Position numbers and translations under genes: made by a program. DNA of 64,000 nucleotides from Candidatus Margulisiibacteriota bacterium (GTDB lineage Bacteria > Margulisbacteria > WOR-1 > O2-12-FULL-45-9): the NCBI GenBank assembly GCA_043816785.1, contig JBDRHP010000020.1:1-64000 (forward strand). Reading direction: 5' to 3'. Shown here one piece after another: positions 38,014-48,858 of this stretch; position 1 is the first letter of the stretch; every line of letters begins with the position of its first letter. The notes under the pieces were generated by a model. It made no database searches. It had not been told where the DNA came from and saw nothing but the letters and a program-made list of their open reading frames with translations.

Positions 38014-39285
38014 ATGCGCTACATTCCTCACACGGCAAAAGACCAAAAGGACTTGCTGGCTACAATTGGCCAGCCATCATTGACCGCTCTTTTTACTGAT
38101 ATTCCTGCCAAAGCAAAACCCAAAAAAGAACTCGACCTGCCAAAGCCCTTGTCAGAGCCAGAATTGCTGGAAGAGCTGCGTGCCCTGTCCTCTTCCTCCT
38201 CCTGCGCCTCTTCCTTTCTGGGGGGCGGTTCATACAAGCACTTTGTCCCCAGCGTGATTAAACACATTATCAGCCGATCAGAATTTTATACAGCTTATAC
38301 CCCTTACCAGGCTGAGGTTAGCCAAGGGATCCTTCAGGCGATTTATGAATACCAAACCATGATCTGTGAGTTAACCGGGATGGACGCGGCCAACGCCTCG
38401 ATGTATGACGGCGCAACCGCAATGGCTGAGGCAGCTTTCTTAGCTTGCCGCACAACCAGGCGTCAGGAAATTCTAGTCTCGTCAGCTGTACAGCCCGACT
38501 ATAGGAAAGTCTTAAAAACTTATGCTAACGGCGCCGACCTAAGGGTGGCCGAACTTCCTTATGATAAGAAAACCGGCCTAACCCCTAATCCCTACCCCCT
38601 AACCCCTAACACCGCCTGCGTCATTCTCCAACAGCCTAATTTCTTCGGCTGCATTGAAGAAGTTAAAAATCTGGCTGACGAAATACATTCAAAAGGCGCC
38701 CTGTTTATTGCAAGCGCGGATCCAATTTCTCTGGGTCTTCTCAAGGCTCCTGGAGACTACGGCGCTGACATTGTGGTTGGCGAAGGGCAATCATTGGGCA
38801 ATCCTCAATCCTTTGGTGGCCCAGGCCTGGGGATCTTTGCGGTCAAGAAAAGCTTGGTACGCCAAATCCCTGGCCGCGTCGTTGGCCAGACTGTAGATGC
38901 GGAGGGGAAAAGGGGCTTTTGTTTAACTTTACAGACCAGAGAGCAACACATCCGTCGAGAACGGGCCGCTTCAAACATTTGCAGCAATGAAGCATTGGCC
39001 GCTCTTGCGGCAACTGTTTATTTGTCGGTCGTGGGTAAACAAGGTTTACGAAAGGTTGCTGAACTTTGTTTGCAAAAAGCGAATTATTTGAAAAAGAAGT
39101 TGGGGAAAAGGGTTGTTTTTTCTGCGCCAGGCTTTAAGGAACTCGTGATAAAAACAAATAAACCTGTTGGGCTAGACCTGAGCCAACATTATCCTGAACT
39201 AAAAGGCTGCCGCTTGATCTGCGTAACCGAGTTGGTAAATAAAGCAGCTCTGGACACCCTGGCAAAAACTCTTTTGAAATCTTAG
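38014..39285 (+). CDS. gcvPA: Glycine dehydrogenase subunit 1
   Basis: YTAYTPYQAEVSQG, NASMYDGATA and QTREQHIRRERAASNICSN motifs. Confidence 0.96.
   Translation: MRYIPHTAKDQKDLLATIGQPSLTALFTDIPAKAKPKKELDLPKPLSEPELLEELRALSSSSSCASSFLGGGSYKHFVPSVIKHIISRSEFYTAYTPYQAEVSQGILQAIYEYQTMICELTGMDAANASMYDGATAMAEAAFLACRTTRRQEILVSSAVQPDYRKVLKTYANGADLRVAELPYDKKTGLTPNPYPLTPNTACVILQQPNFFGCIEEVKNLADEIHSKGALFIASADPISLGLLKAPGDYGADIVVGEGQSLGNPQSFGGPGLGIFAVKKSLVRQIPGRVVGQTVDAEGKRGFCLTLQTREQHIRRERAASNICSNEALAALAATVYLSVVGKQGLRKVAELCLQKANYLKKKLGKRVVFSAPGFKELVIKTNKPVGLDLSQHYPELKGCRLICVTELVNKAALDTLAKTLLKS
38577..38611 (+). repeat. Five CCTAACC-like heptamers inside gcvPA
   Basis: cctaacc cctaatc cctaccc cctaacc cctaaca, translated as LTPNPYPLTPNT. 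Confidence 0.75.
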
Positions 39286-39291
39286 GGGCGC

Positions 39292-41817
39292 CTATTTTTT
39301 GGTTTTCTGCTCGAGCTTGCCAATGGCTTCTTCCACTTCTTCTTCCTTGACCACCCGAGCAAGATCAACCAAATAATCGTCCTTATCAAGGCGAACCAGC
39401 CTAACTCCTTTGGCATAGCGGCCTTGTGTGGAAATCCCCTTTGCCTCCTGACGCATCATTGTCCCCTTGCCAGTGACAAACAAGAGCTCGTCGTCTTTGT
39501 GCATAAACATCATCTTGGCTACTTCGTCGCCCTTGCGCAGCTTAATTGCTATGTGTCCTTTGCCTCCACGGCTCTGTGCGCCAAACTCTTTGATGGCCAT
39601 GCGTTTGCCATAGCCATCGGCAGAAACCGCCAGGAGATCCTGCCCAGTTTCAACAATATCCATACAGACAACTTTGTCATCCTTGCGCAGCCGAATGCCG
39701 CGAACTCCGGAAGCAGCCCGGCCCATAGGCCGGACATGTTGTTCGCTGAAACGGATCATTAGGCCGCCGGCGGAACACAGGATGATCTCCTGTTTGCCAC
39801 TGGTCATGCGTACCCAGCGCAATTCATCCGCGTCCTTTAATTTGATCGCGATGATCCCGGTGCGCCGGATGTTCGCAAAGTCTTCTAAAGAAACCTTTTT
39901 GATCATGCCGTTCTTCGTGGCCATGGCTAGCGCAGATTCCTTTGTAAATTCCTTGACCGCGACCGCGGCAGTGACAACTTCTCCCATGGCCAGTTCCAGG
40001 AAGTTGGCAATTGACTGGCCCTTGCCCGCACGGGAGGTTTCTGGCAGCTCATAAGCCTTAACTTTGTATACCCTGCCCTTGTTGGTAAAAAAGAGCAGGA
40101 AGTTAAGGGTCGAGCAAGTAAAGATTTTGTCGATCTCGTCCTCGCCCCGCGTTGACATGCCAGCCACGCCCCGTCCCCCGCGTTTTTGCGAGCTGAACGC
40201 GCTGATCGGCAGGCGTTTGACATAGCCGTCACGAGTGATCAGAACTGCTACCTCGGCTTCTTCGATCAAAGATTCTTCCTCGATCTCCTCAGCCTCACCG
40301 GTTATGTTGGTCTGCCGTACACCTTTAAATTTCTGGCCTACTTCAACCAGCTCTTTTCCCACCACGCCCAAAATATTTTTGCGGTTGCTCAGGATGCCCT
40401 TAAGTTCCGCTATCGTTTTCTTGAGCGTCTTATAATCTTCCTCGATCTTGTGGGTTTCCAGCTGGGTCAGTTTCTGCAGCCGCATGTCCAGGATCGCCTG
40501 GGCTTGTATCTGGGACAGCTTGTATTTCTTCATTAAGCCAGTGCGGGCTTCGTCAACGGACTTGGACTTCTTGATCAGCTTGACCACGCCGTCAATATCT
40601 TGGAGCGCGATCAATAAGCCTTCTAACAAATGCGCTTGTTCTTCCGCCTTGCGTAAATCAAACTTTGTCCGTCGGGTAACAACTTCTTCACGGTGCTTAA
40701 CATACTGTTCCAGGATTTGCTTCAGATTAAGCAACAGGGGGGTGCCGTCAACCAGGGCCACCATGTTAATGCCAAAAGTGGTCTGGAGCTCAGTGCGCTT
40801 ATAAAGCTGGTTAACCACGATCTCGGCATTAGAGTCGCGCTTACATTCTATGTAAATGCGCATGCCTGTGCGGTCGGACTCATCGCGCAGATCAGATATG
40901 CCTTTGATCTTTTTGTCCTTGACCTGCTCAGCTATGTTCTCGATCAGGGTCGCCTTATTGACCTGATACGGCAGCTCTGTGACGATAATGGCTTGTTTGC
41001 CGCCCTTGACCTCTTCGACCTCGACCTTGGCGCGCAGGGTGATAATGCCGCGGCCCGTTTCCTGCGCTTTTTTAATCCCGGCCCTGCCGCAAATATAGGC
41101 GCCGGTGGGAAAATCAGGGCCCTTGATTATTTTTCCCAGCTCAGCAATGGAAATATCAGGGTTGGCGATCAAGGCGGTCGTTCCAGCAACAATTTCATCA
41201 AGATTGTGCGGCGGGATATTGGTCGCCATGCCGACCGCGATGCCGCTTGAGCCGTTGATCAATAAGTTAGGGAGGCGAGCCGGCAGGACCAGGGGTTCTT
41301 TCAATGATTCATCGAAGTTAGGCCCAAAGTCCACGGTCTCTTTTTCAATATCAGCCAATAGTTCGACCGCGTGCTTATGCAGTCTAACTTCTGTGTAGCG
41401 CATGGCTGCGGCGGAATCGCCGTCAACGCTGCCAAAGTTACCCTGGCCGTCGACCAGCATGTAGCGCAAAGAAAAGTCCTGGGCCATACGCACCATTGAG
41501 TCATAAACCGCTGTGTCGCCGTGCGGATGGTATTTACCTAAGACTTCACCAACAACGCGGGCTGATTTTTTGTAGGGTTTGCCAGGCTGCATGCCCAGTT
41601 CGTCCATGGCAAAAAGAATGCGTCGGTGGACCGGCTTTAAGCCGTCGCGCACGTCGGGCAGTGCGCGGCCAACGATAACGCTCATCGAGTAATCGATGTA
41701 CGACGTCTTCATTTCATTCTCCAGCATTACTGGAAGAATTTTACTCTCGTCTTGTTTTGGCACGCTCTTGCCGCGGGTCTTTTTAGCCTCTTTTTCCGCT
41801 TCGTTCTTTTTCGCCAT
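39292..41817 (-). CDS. gyrA: DNA gyrase subunit A
   Basis: [29 protein letters not shown] and GyrA box QKRGGRG. Confidence 0.98.
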   Translation of the reverse strand: MAKKNEAEKEAKKTRGKSVPKQDESKILPVMLENEMKTSYIDYSMSVIVGRALPDVRDGLKPVHRRILFAMDELGMQPGKPYKKSARVVGEVLGKYHPHGDTAVYDSMVRMAQDFSLRYMLVDGQGNFGSVDGDSAAAMRYTEVRLHKHAVELLADIEKETVDFGPNFDESLKEPLVLPARLPNLLINGSSGIAVGMATNIPPHNLDEIVAGTTALIANPDISIAELGKIIKGPDFPTGAYICGRAGIKKAQETGRGIITLRAKVEVEEVKGGKQAIIVTELPYQVNKATLIENIAEQVKDKKIKGISDLRDESDRTGMRIYIECKRDSNAEIVVNQLYKRTELQTTFGINMVALVDGTPLLLNLKQILEQYVKHREEVVTRRTKFDLRKAEEQAHLLEGLLIALQDIDGVVKLIKKSKSVDEARTGLMKKYKLSQIQAQAILDMRLQKLTQLETHKIEEDYKTLKKTIAELKGILSNRKNILGVVGKELVEVGQKFKGVRQTNITGEAEEIEEESLIEEAEVAVLITRDGYVKRLPISAFSSQKRGGRGVAGMSTRGEDEIDKIFTCSTLNFLLFFTNKGRVYKVKAYELPETSRAGKGQSIANFLELAMGEVVTAAVAVKEFTKESALAMATKNGMIKKVSLEDFANIRRTGIIAIKLKDADELRWVRMTSGKQEIILCSAGGLMIRFSEQHVRPMGRAASGVRGIRLRKDDKVVCMDIVETGQDLLAVSADGYGKRMAIKEFGAQSRGGKGHIAIKLRKGDEVAKMMFMHKDDELLFVTGKGTMMRQEAKGISTQGRYAKGVRLVRLDKDDYLVDLARVVKEEEVEEAIGKLEQKTKK

Positions 41818-41840
41818 TGGCTTATCCCCTTCCTATAGGT

Positions 41841-43811
41841 CTAGACGTCAAGCCGCTTGACCAGCTTGGCGTTCTCTTGAATGAATTGCCGTCTGGGCTC
41901 AACATCAGAGCCCATCAGGACCTTGAATATTTCATCCGCTTCCTCCGCGTCTTCCAGCTCAACGCGCAACAAGGTCCGGGTCTCCGGGTTCATGGTGGTG
42001 TCCCAGAGCTGTTCCGGGTTCATCTCGCCCAAACCTTTATAGCGCTGGACGTGCGCGCCGTCCTTGCCGAGCTTTTTTAAGATCTTTTCCTGTTCCTTGT
42101 CGCTATAAGCATATTCCTCTGCCTTGCCCTTCTTGATCAAATAAAGCGGCGGGTGAGCAATATAGATCTTGCCGCTCTCGATCAAGCGCCGGGCGTAGCG
42201 GAAGAAAAATGTCAGCAATAGCGTCCTGATGTGCGCGCCATCCACGTCCGCGTCGGTCATGATCACGACCTTATGATAGTTAAGTTTCTTGAAAAATTCC
42301 TCGTCAGAGATCTCGTCGCCTTTACCGTTGCCGCCCAAGCCGGATATAACTCCTGGCCCAATGGCGGTGATCATGATGCGGATCTCGTTGGAGGCCAGGA
42401 TCTTGTCGATCCGGGCTTTTTCAACGTTGAGGATCTTGCCGCGCAAAGGCAGAATAGCCTGAAAGCGCCGGTCCCTGCCCTGCTTGGCTGACCCGCCTGC
42501 GGAGTCGCCCTCGACCAGGAACAACTCACATTTTTCTGCGTTACTTTCGGAACAGTCAGCTAATTTGCCGGGCAACAATGCCGTATCGAGCGCTGATTTC
42601 TTTCTTTCCAGGTCTTGGGCTTTTCTGGCTGCCGCGCGCACGCGATAGGCCATTAGGGCCCGTTCAATTATTGCCTTGGCCGCTGCCGGGTTCTTGTCCA
42701 AATAAACATTTACATTGTCCGTAACGATCGAGTCAACAATGCCTTTAACCTCGCCGTTGCCCAGCTTGGTCTTGGTCTGACCTTCGAACTGCGGATTGGG
42801 CACGCGGGTGTTAAGCACCGCGGTCAAGCCTTCGCGCACATCGTCGCCGGACAGCCCTTCGTCCTCCTTGGCCAGGTTGTTCTTGCGCGCGTAATTGTTG
42901 ATCGCTTTGGTCAGGGCCGACTTAAAGCCAACCTCATGCGTTCCGCCCTCTTTCGTTTTAATGCAATTAACAAAAGAAAAAATGTTCTCGTCATAATAAT
43001 CCTTGCAGTGCTGCAGAGCGACCTCAACATAAACATCGTCCTTTTCAGCGAAAAAGAACATTGGCGGCTTATAGAGCGGCTCCTTTTTCTCGTTAAGGTG
43101 TTCAACATATTCAACTACCCCGCCCTCATATTGATAGGTCTCGGTGCTCTTACTCTTGTCCTTTTCCCGCTCATCAGCAAAGACAATCTTGACGCCTTTA
43201 TTCAAAAAGGCCAGCTCGCGCAGGCGGTGGGCTACGGTCTTACGGTCAAAGTCCGTCTCGGTAAATATTTCCGGATCAGGCTTAAACGTTATGGTCGTGC
43301 CGGTCGCGTTCTTGTCCTTGGCCGCAACGATGTTCTCTTTTTTTGGTTTGCCGCGATCAAAATGCTGGTTGTATTGCTTTCCCTCGCGCACGATCTCTGC
43401 TTCCATCCATTCAGACAGAGCGTTAACACAGGAAACGCCGACCCCGTGCAAGCCGCCAGAAACCTTATAGGCCGAGTCGCCGAACTTGCCACCAGCGTGC
43501 AACGTAGTTAAAACAACTTCGGCCGCGGGCCGCTTGGTCTGGGGATGTTTATCAAAGGGTATGCCGCGGCCATTATCTATGACCGTGACGCAGTTTTTCT
43601 TGTCTATGATAACCTCAATGCTGTCACAATGACCAGCCAGGGCCTCGTCAATGCTATTATCAACAACTTCGTAGATTAAGTGATGCAGCCCAGATTTGCC
43701 GGTCGAGCCAATATACATGGCCGGCCGTTTCCGGACCGCTTCAATGCCGCCCAGAATTTTTATTTTTGACGCATCATATGACGCTGCTTGATTGTTCGCT
43801 GTCTTAGCCAT
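41841..43811 (-). CDS. gyrB: DNA gyrase subunit B
   Basis: [35 protein letters not shown] and YKGLGEMN motifs. Confidence 0.98.
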   Translation of the reverse strand: MAKTANNQAASYDASKIKILGGIEAVRKRPAMYIGSTGKSGLHHLIYEVVDNSIDEALAGHCDSIEVIIDKKNCVTVIDNGRGIPFDKHPQTKRPAAEVVLTTLHAGGKFGDSAYKVSGGLHGVGVSCVNALSEWMEAEIVREGKQYNQHFDRGKPKKENIVAAKDKNATGTTITFKPDPEIFTETDFDRKTVAHRLRELAFLNKGVKIVFADEREKDKSKSTETYQYEGGVVEYVEHLNEKKEPLYKPPMFFFAEKDDVYVEVALQHCKDYYDENIFSFVNCIKTKEGGTHEVGFKSALTKAINNYARKNNLAKEDEGLSGDDVREGLTAVLNTRVPNPQFEGQTKTKLGNGEVKGIVDSIVTDNVNVYLDKNPAAAKAIIERALMAYRVRAAARKAQDLERKKSALDTALLPGKLADCSESNAEKCELFLVEGDSAGGSAKQGRDRRFQAILPLRGKILNVEKARIDKILASNEIRIMITAIGPGVISGLGGNGKGDEISDEEFFKKLNYHKVVIMTDADVDGAHIRTLLLTFFFRYARRLIESGKIYIAHPPLYLIKKGKAEEYAYSDKEQEKILKKLGKDGAHVQRYKGLGEMNPEQLWDTTMNPETRTLLRVELEDAEEADEIFKVLMGSDVEPRRQFIQENAKLVKRLDV

Positions 43812-44094
43812 TCTGCCCTCCCGACTTGAATTTGATGTCTTTGATCGCCTCTTTGCCGGCTTGATCGTTAAACTTGCTGATTATCTCACCCTTTAAAAAT
43901 GTAAGCTCTTGGGCCCAGGCCGGCGATGAGGTAGAAACATACAATATCTGATTGCGGATCTTGATCGCCTCTGTCTGCTTGCCGATCCTTTCGTCAACAA
44001 CTTGTTCCCATAATGACAGCAAGCCGCAAAGCTTAACTGTGTGCGCAAAGCCGACATCCATGCCTTCGAGGATCTCCCCCAGCCTACTACCCAT
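43804..44094 (-). CDS. DUF721/DciA family protein
   Basis: W.QVV..IG..T and SPAWAQEL motifs; located between dnaN and gyrB. Confidence 0.85.
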   Translation of the reverse strand: MGSRLGEILEGMDVGFAHTVKLCGLLSLWEQVVDERIGKQTEAIKIRNQILYVSTSSPAWAQELTFLKGEIISKFNDQAGKEAIKDIKFKSGGQNG

Positions 44095-45236
44095 CAGGCC
44101 CCCTCTTGTGTCCTGATTGGCATAACAATGTAAACATAGTCTCTAACGCCGTCTTCTTTAATCATGCCTGGGCCTAAGTTTTCGCTCATCTCCAGCACAA
44201 CATTGTCCGTCTCTAGTGCTTTCAAGACGTCGGTAATTAAACGAATATTAAAGGCGATTTGTGTTTTGGCTTCACCCTGAACCTCGGCCTCGATCACTTC
44301 GTCAACCGTGCCAACATCCGGCGTGCTGGCAAAGAGACGGAGCTGGCCGCTCTTCGTTTCAAAACGCACTATGTTGGCTGAGCCAGCCGCAATAACAGAT
44401 GTGCGATCGGCTGCCTCAAGAAAAGCCTTTCTTTTAGTTATGATCTTGCTAGAACTCTTCTTTGGTAAAACCTGCTTGAAGTCGGGAAACTGTCCCTGGA
44501 TAATTCGGGAAACCAATAAAACATCATTATATCTAAAGGCTATTTGATCAGAAGAAAAAGTAATTCTTAGCTCACTATCATCTTTAGCTATTTCAATTAT
44601 CCTGGATAGCTCCTGCAGTGCTTTGCTCGGCACAATCACCTTTCCCTTCACATCATCTTTTAATTTAATTTTCTCTGCTCTTTTGGCTAAACGATAACCG
44701 TCGGTTGAGATCATTCTGAAATTTGAGCTATCGCCACTAGTTGAACTCTTACCAAAATCAAGCAACACCCCAGTTAAGACATATTTATCCTCACTGGAAG
44801 AAACCGCAAATATAGTCTGGCGGATCATGGAAACGAAAATTTCCCCGCTGATGGTTAAAGACTTACCATCCTTAACTTTTGGCAAAACAGGAAATTCGTC
44901 AGGAGGCAAGGTATGAACGTTGAATTGGGATTTAGCATAAGAAATGCGAATGGTCCCCTTCTCGGTTAATTTAAAAGAAACATTTCCTTCGGGTAGTCTA
45001 GAAACAATCCCGGTTAAGGTTTTTGCCGGCACAAGCACAGAGCCCTCCTTAATAACTTTGGCCTTAACCCCCAGCTCGACCCCCATTTCCAGATTATTGG
45101 CTGATATCTTTAAGCCATTTTTATCAGCATCAAATAGTATATAGCCAATGATCGGCAGCGTGCTTCTGGTGGTAACAATTTTTTCCACCGCGGAAACGCC
45201 GGTTTGCAGATCTTTTTTTTCACAGGTAAATTCCAT
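44094..45236 (-). CDS. dnaN: DNA polymerase III beta clamp
   Basis: TLPIIG, STDGYRLA, GQFPDF and YIVMPIR motifs. Confidence 0.97.
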   Translation of the reverse strand: MEFTCEKKDLQTGVSAVEKIVTTRSTLPIIGYILFDADKNGLKISANNLEMGVELGVKAKVIKEGSVLVPAKTLTGIVSRLPEGNVSFKLTEKGTIRISYAKSQFNVHTLPPDEFPVLPKVKDGKSLTISGEIFVSMIRQTIFAVSSSEDKYVLTGVLLDFGKSSTSGDSSNFRMISTDGYRLAKRAEKIKLKDDVKGKVIVPSKALQELSRIIEIAKDDSELRITFSSDQIAFRYNDVLLVSRIIQGQFPDFKQVLPKKSSSKIITKRKAFLEAADRTSVIAAGSANIVRFETKSGQLRLFASTPDVGTVDEVIEAEVQGEAKTQIAFNIRLITDVLKALETDNVVLEMSENLGPGMIKEDGVRDYVYIVMPIRTQEGA

Positions 45237-45304
45237 ACTTTCCTTCACCGTCCTATTTAGGTTTTCTTGTTCCTTTTAAAGATTTCCCCAGTTTTCTGTG
45301 CCTC

Positions 45305-45460
45305 TAGTATTATAATATAAAATATGTAGTAATAGTAGTGGCTGTGAAGATGTGGAGAAATCCATTTTTAACCGATCTTGAAAGAAAAATTATTAGACCT
45401 TTTCCACAGGGTCATTTATTGTAATGTGAATAGCTTTTTATCCCCATGGCTGTCCACAGC
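45305..45460. other. oriC unwinding region: AT-rich tract, DnaA-trios and DnaA boxes between dnaA and dnaN
   Basis: tataatataaaatatg-TAG TAA TAG TAG-tggc-TGTGAAGA-TGTGGAGAA (45311-45359); further boxes at 45400-45408, 45425-45433, 45438-45446 and 45450-45458. Confidence 0.88.
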
Positions 45461-46822
45461 TTATTGGGCATAACTTCTTAGTTTTGATGATATGTTTTTT
45501 ACTGCTTCCTTGACCGCCAGGTTGGTCCTCATCTCGCCCTTAATTTTTTCATAAGCATGCAGCACTGTGGTGTGGTCACGCCCGCCAAATCCATTCCCGA
45601 TCTTAGGCAGCGACAAGCCGGTGAATTCCCTGGCCAGGTACATAGCAACTTGTCTAGCGCCGGCTATTTCTTTTGTCCTAATTTTAGCTGTCATGTCGTC
45701 AAGGCGGACATTATAATATTCTGCCGCAGCCTTTTTTACCAGATCAATAGATATTTTTGTGCGGTCGGTTTTTGCTGGGTCAAAAATATCTTTTAAAGCT
45801 TGGTCAACCAATGAATTGGTGATCTCGCTGGCATTAAGGGAGGCAAAGGCTACCACGCGGATCAGGGCCCCTTCCAGCTCTCTAATATTGGACATAACCC
45901 GGCTGGCTATATAGGAAAGGATCTCGTCTGCGACCACCAGTTCACTTAACTCAGCTTTTTTCTTGAGAATTGCAATTCTGGTTTCATAGTCAGGCGCTTG
46001 AATGTCCGCTGTCAGCCCCCACTCAAAACGTGAACGCAGCCTTTCTTCTAAGGTCGGGATCTCTTTAGGCGGCCGGTCGGAGCTGACAACGATCTGCTTG
46101 CCAGCTTCATATAAAGTATTAAATGTATGGAAAAATTCTTCTTGGGTCCTTTCTTTGCCAGCCAGAAACTGGACATCATCCACCAATAAAATGTCGATAC
46201 TGCGGTACTTGTTGCGGAAGCGCAGGGTTTTGTCGTCGCGAATTGAATTGATCAGCTCATTAGTAAATGTTTCCGACGTTATATAAAGAATTTTTGCCCG
46301 AGGGTTTGCCCCTGCCACACGATGGCCGATGGCTTGCATTAGGTGGGTTTTGCCCAGCCCCACCCCGCCGTACAGGAAAAGCGGGTTGTAGGCCTTGGCT
46401 GGAGCTTCAGCCACGGCCAGAGACGCCGCGTGGGCAAAGCGGTTGCCGTGACCAACGACAAAGGTATCAAAGGAATAGCGCGGGTTCAGATACGGAGAAC
46501 TGGGCCGCTCCGTCTTAGAAGCGGGATAGGTGCTTTTCTCCAGCAAGGGCGTGGTGAAAAGATCTTTTGAACCGACGACAAAAAGAACCTTTTTAATTTC
46601 TGGAGAAATGTGGCTAAGCTCTTGTTCCATCAGGGTAACACAATGTTTTGATAGCCAGTCCTTGACTAAGTCGTTGGGAACTGCTATTTGCAGCGTATTT
46701 TGATCAATGGAGAGAGGCTTGGTTGATGAGATCAGAGCCTCGTAAATGGGTTTGTTAAGGCTCTTTTCCAACAAAGGAACAATCTTATTCCACAAGGAGT
46801 TCAGGTCGTAATTTGAGTTCAT
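45461..46822 (-). CDS. dnaA: Chromosomal replication initiator
   Basis: YNPLFLYGGVGLGKTHL, DDVQFL, RLRSRFEWGL and GGRDHTTV motifs. Confidence 0.99.
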   Translation of the reverse strand: MNSNYDLNSLWNKIVPLLEKSLNKPIYEALISSTKPLSIDQNTLQIAVPNDLVKDWLSKHCVTLMEQELSHISPEIKKVLFVVGSKDLFTTPLLEKSTYPASKTERPSSPYLNPRYSFDTFVVGHGNRFAHAASLAVAEAPAKAYNPLFLYGGVGLGKTHLMQAIGHRVAGANPRAKILYITSETFTNELINSIRDDKTLRFRNKYRSIDILLVDDVQFLAGKERTQEEFFHTFNTLYEAGKQIVVSSDRPPKEIPTLEERLRSRFEWGLTADIQAPDYETRIAILKKKAELSELVVADEILSYIASRVMSNIRELEGALIRVVAFASLNASEITNSLVDQALKDIFDPAKTDRTKISIDLVKKAAAEYYNVRLDDMTAKIRTKEIAGARQVAMYLAREFTGLSLPKIGNGFGGRDHTTVLHAYEKIKGEMRTNLAVKEAVKNISSKLRSYAQ

Positions 46823-46828
46823 TTTATC

Positions 46829-46960
46829 TTATCCACAGCCCACTTGCCAACATAGTGACAGATGAAAAACACCGGCAACTCACCAAAAATTAAGGTTATT
46901 CTTTAGCCAAAAAATTGACTTATGCACATGATATCCACAGGGAATTAACATTGTGGATGG
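46829..46960. promoter_or_regulatory. DnaA box cluster upstream of dnaA
   Basis: TTATCCACA 46829-46837, TTATGCACA 46920-46928, ATATCCACA 46931-46939, TGTGGATGG 46952-46960. Confidence 0.85.
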
Positions 46961-47057
46961 CAAGAAGCTCATGGCCCCTAAGGCTACCAGCCTTATTGAT
47001 CTTGAAGTATATCAGTTCACAGGAACTTGTGCAAGTAATATTTATTAAAGTTTAGGG

Positions 47058-47086
47058 TTGACAGACATTTAATCTTTCTTTATAAT
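47058..47086 (+). promoter_or_regulatory. Consensus sigma-70 promoter of the rpmH operon
   Basis: TTGACA-N17-TATAAT. Confidence 0.85.
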
Positions 47087-47122
47087 TAGTTATTGTTTTA
47101 AATAACGAGAAAGGAACTGTTT

Positions 47123-47260
47123 ATGATTAAAAGAACGTTTCAGCCGCATAAGCGGCGGAGAAAAAAGAAACACGGCTTTCGGAAAAGGAATAAGCGTAAG
47201 GGCGGACGTAAGGTTCTAGCGAAAAGGCGAAGAAAGGGAAGAAAGAGACTTGCTCCCTAA
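47123..47260 (+). CDS. rpmH: 50S ribosomal protein L34
   Basis: [22 protein letters not shown]...[15 protein letters not shown]; below the ORF-track size cutoff. Confidence 0.96.
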   Translation: MIKRTFQPHKRRRKKKHGFRKRNKRKGGRKVLAKRRRKGRKRLAP

Positions 47261-47606
47261 GAGCGCTCGCCTTTCCAAAGAACGCGAGATCAAACGAACC
47301 ATAAGGGCAAAGCAATACGAAGCCAGGCGTCCCCTACTCTATTTGGTGGCAATGGATAATTCGCATGCGGAGTCTCGCCTCACGGTCGTGATTCCCAAAA
47401 AGCTTGGGAAAGCTGTGGTCAGGAATCGGATGCGCCGTGTAATTCAGGCCGTCTTTGGCAATATTAGGCATAAGATAGCCAAAAATATTGACATTGTGGT
47501 TTTTCCCAGACATGCGGCCGTGGGTGCGGAATCGAGATCTGTTGAAAGTGAGCTAGGCAAATGTCTGGACACCATTGAGCAACTAAACAATGAAGCGATT
47601 TCTTAA
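47250..47606 (+). CDS. rnpA: Ribonuclease P protein
   Basis: [14 protein letters not shown] motif and position after rpmH. Confidence 0.94.
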   Translation: MLPKSARLSKEREIKRTIRAKQYEARRPLLYLVAMDNSHAESRLTVVIPKKLGKAVVRNRMRRVIQAVFGNIRHKIAKNIDIVVFPRHAAVGAESRSVESELGKCLDTIEQLNNEAIS

Positions 47607-47793
47607 GTTTTTGTTGTTTTTATATAAAAAAACAAGGTTTTCGGGTCCGTCCTGTCGGTATTATCCCAGCTGTTCAGACTATGCTGGTCTGTCAATTGAG
47701 CGTTACGGAGCCTTAAAAGGCTCTTTTTTGGCTTTAAAGCGCCTAATTAAGTGCAACCAGCTCTTTCCTGGCGGTTTTGATCCGGTTCCTTAG
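47590..47793 (+). CDS. yidD: Membrane protein insertion efficiency factor
   Basis: CRYYPSCSDY and KCNQLFPGGFDPVP motifs. Confidence 0.94.
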   Translation: MKRFLKFLLFLYKKTRFSGPSCRYYPSCSDYAGLSIERYGALKGSFLALKRLIKCNQLFPGGFDPVP

Positions 47794-47832
47794 TTCATTG
47801 CTAGAATTTGGCTTTTTTATGATAAAAATGCC

Positions 47833-47860
47833 TGTGGATAACTATGTTTCACGTGAAACA
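47833..47860. promoter_or_regulatory. DnaA box with adjacent parS site
   Basis: TGTGGATAA 47833-47841; perfect parS TGTTTCACGTGAAACA 47845-47860. Confidence 0.9.
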
Positions 47861-47883
47861 TATATAATGAATTGGAGGGAATT

Positions 47884-48858
47884 ATGAATCCGATTGCTTT
47901 TTTGTCAAATATTATGGTGGATGCCCTGAGGTTCTTTGCTTACTTTGGTGGCTATGGCTGGGGCATTATTTGGTTAACCATTGCGGTGAACCTCGCCTTG
48001 TACCCATTAACGTTGTCTTCTGTAAAATCCATGGCCGCGATGCAGGGGATGCAGCCCAGGCTCCAGGAGCTCCAAAAGAAGCACAAAGAAGAGCCGCAAA
48101 AGCTTCAGAAAGAGACCATGGACCTGTACCGGTCCGAGGGGATCAATCCGGTGGGCGGCTGCCTGCCTGTGCTATTAAAAATCCCTTTTTTCCTGGCGTT
48201 GTTCTGGGCCTTTCAGAGCCTTGCCTTTACGGGGATTGCCTCGGATCCCGCAAACAACACCAGCTTTTTATGGATAACCGGCAGGGTGCCGGGCAAGGTT
48301 TTTCAATCTGAGAAATTAGTGAGAAGGCTTGTAGAGGCCAAGATAATACTTGTTGACACCAAGGCCTCAAGAGGCGAGGGGCAGAAAAAGTATGTCTGGG
48401 ATGCTGCTCTGAAGATGAACGATAAGCTGCTTAAGGATGTGCTTCGATCGAAAAGCGTTGAAAATGAGTTGGACGTAGCCGCGATAAAGGATGCTTTCGA
48501 GCCTGCTGTAAAGGGGCTGGATGACGAAGATGCCAAGAATATTATTGCGGCCTGGAACAGCACGAACAGCCTGGCAAAGCCTGACCGCGTTAATACTCCT
48601 TTTGGCAAGATCTCAATCCTAGCCTTACTAATTGGGATTACGACATTCTTAATGCAGAAGAGTTTGCCAAGCGGGGGAGGTCAGCAGGCCCAGATCATGA
48701 CCATGTTTATGCCGGTTTTTATCACATTTATTTGCTGGAATTTTCCAGCCGGGGTCCAGCTTTATTGGTTGGTGTCTAATGCTGTGGGCGCTTTGCAGCA
48801 ATATTATATTATGAAGAAGCCGCATAAGCGGCCAAAAAATAGGAGGTCAGAAAAATGA
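47884..48858 (+). CDS. yidC: YidC/Oxa1 membrane protein insertase (short type with an internal soluble insertion)
   Basis: YGWGII.LT, GINPVGGCLP and PAGVQLYWLVSN motifs. Confidence 0.93.
   Translation: MNPIAFLSNIMVDALRFFAYFGGYGWGIIWLTIAVNLALYPLTLSSVKSMAAMQGMQPRLQELQKKHKEEPQKLQKETMDLYRSEGINPVGGCLPVLLKIPFFLALFWAFQSLAFTGIASDPANNTSFLWITGRVPGKVFQSEKLVRRLVEAKIILVDTKASRGEGQKKYVWDAALKMNDKLLKDVLRSKSVENELDVAAIKDAFEPAVKGLDDEDAKNIIAAWNSTNSLAKPDRVNTPFGKISILALLIGITTFLMQKSLPSGGGQQAQIMTMFMPVFITFICWNFPAGVQLYWLVSNAVGALQQYYIMKKPHKRPKNRRSEK

Noticed and set aside
47127..47315. 62-aa minus-strand ORF
   Set aside because: It is the shadow of rpmH and rnpA on the plus strand.
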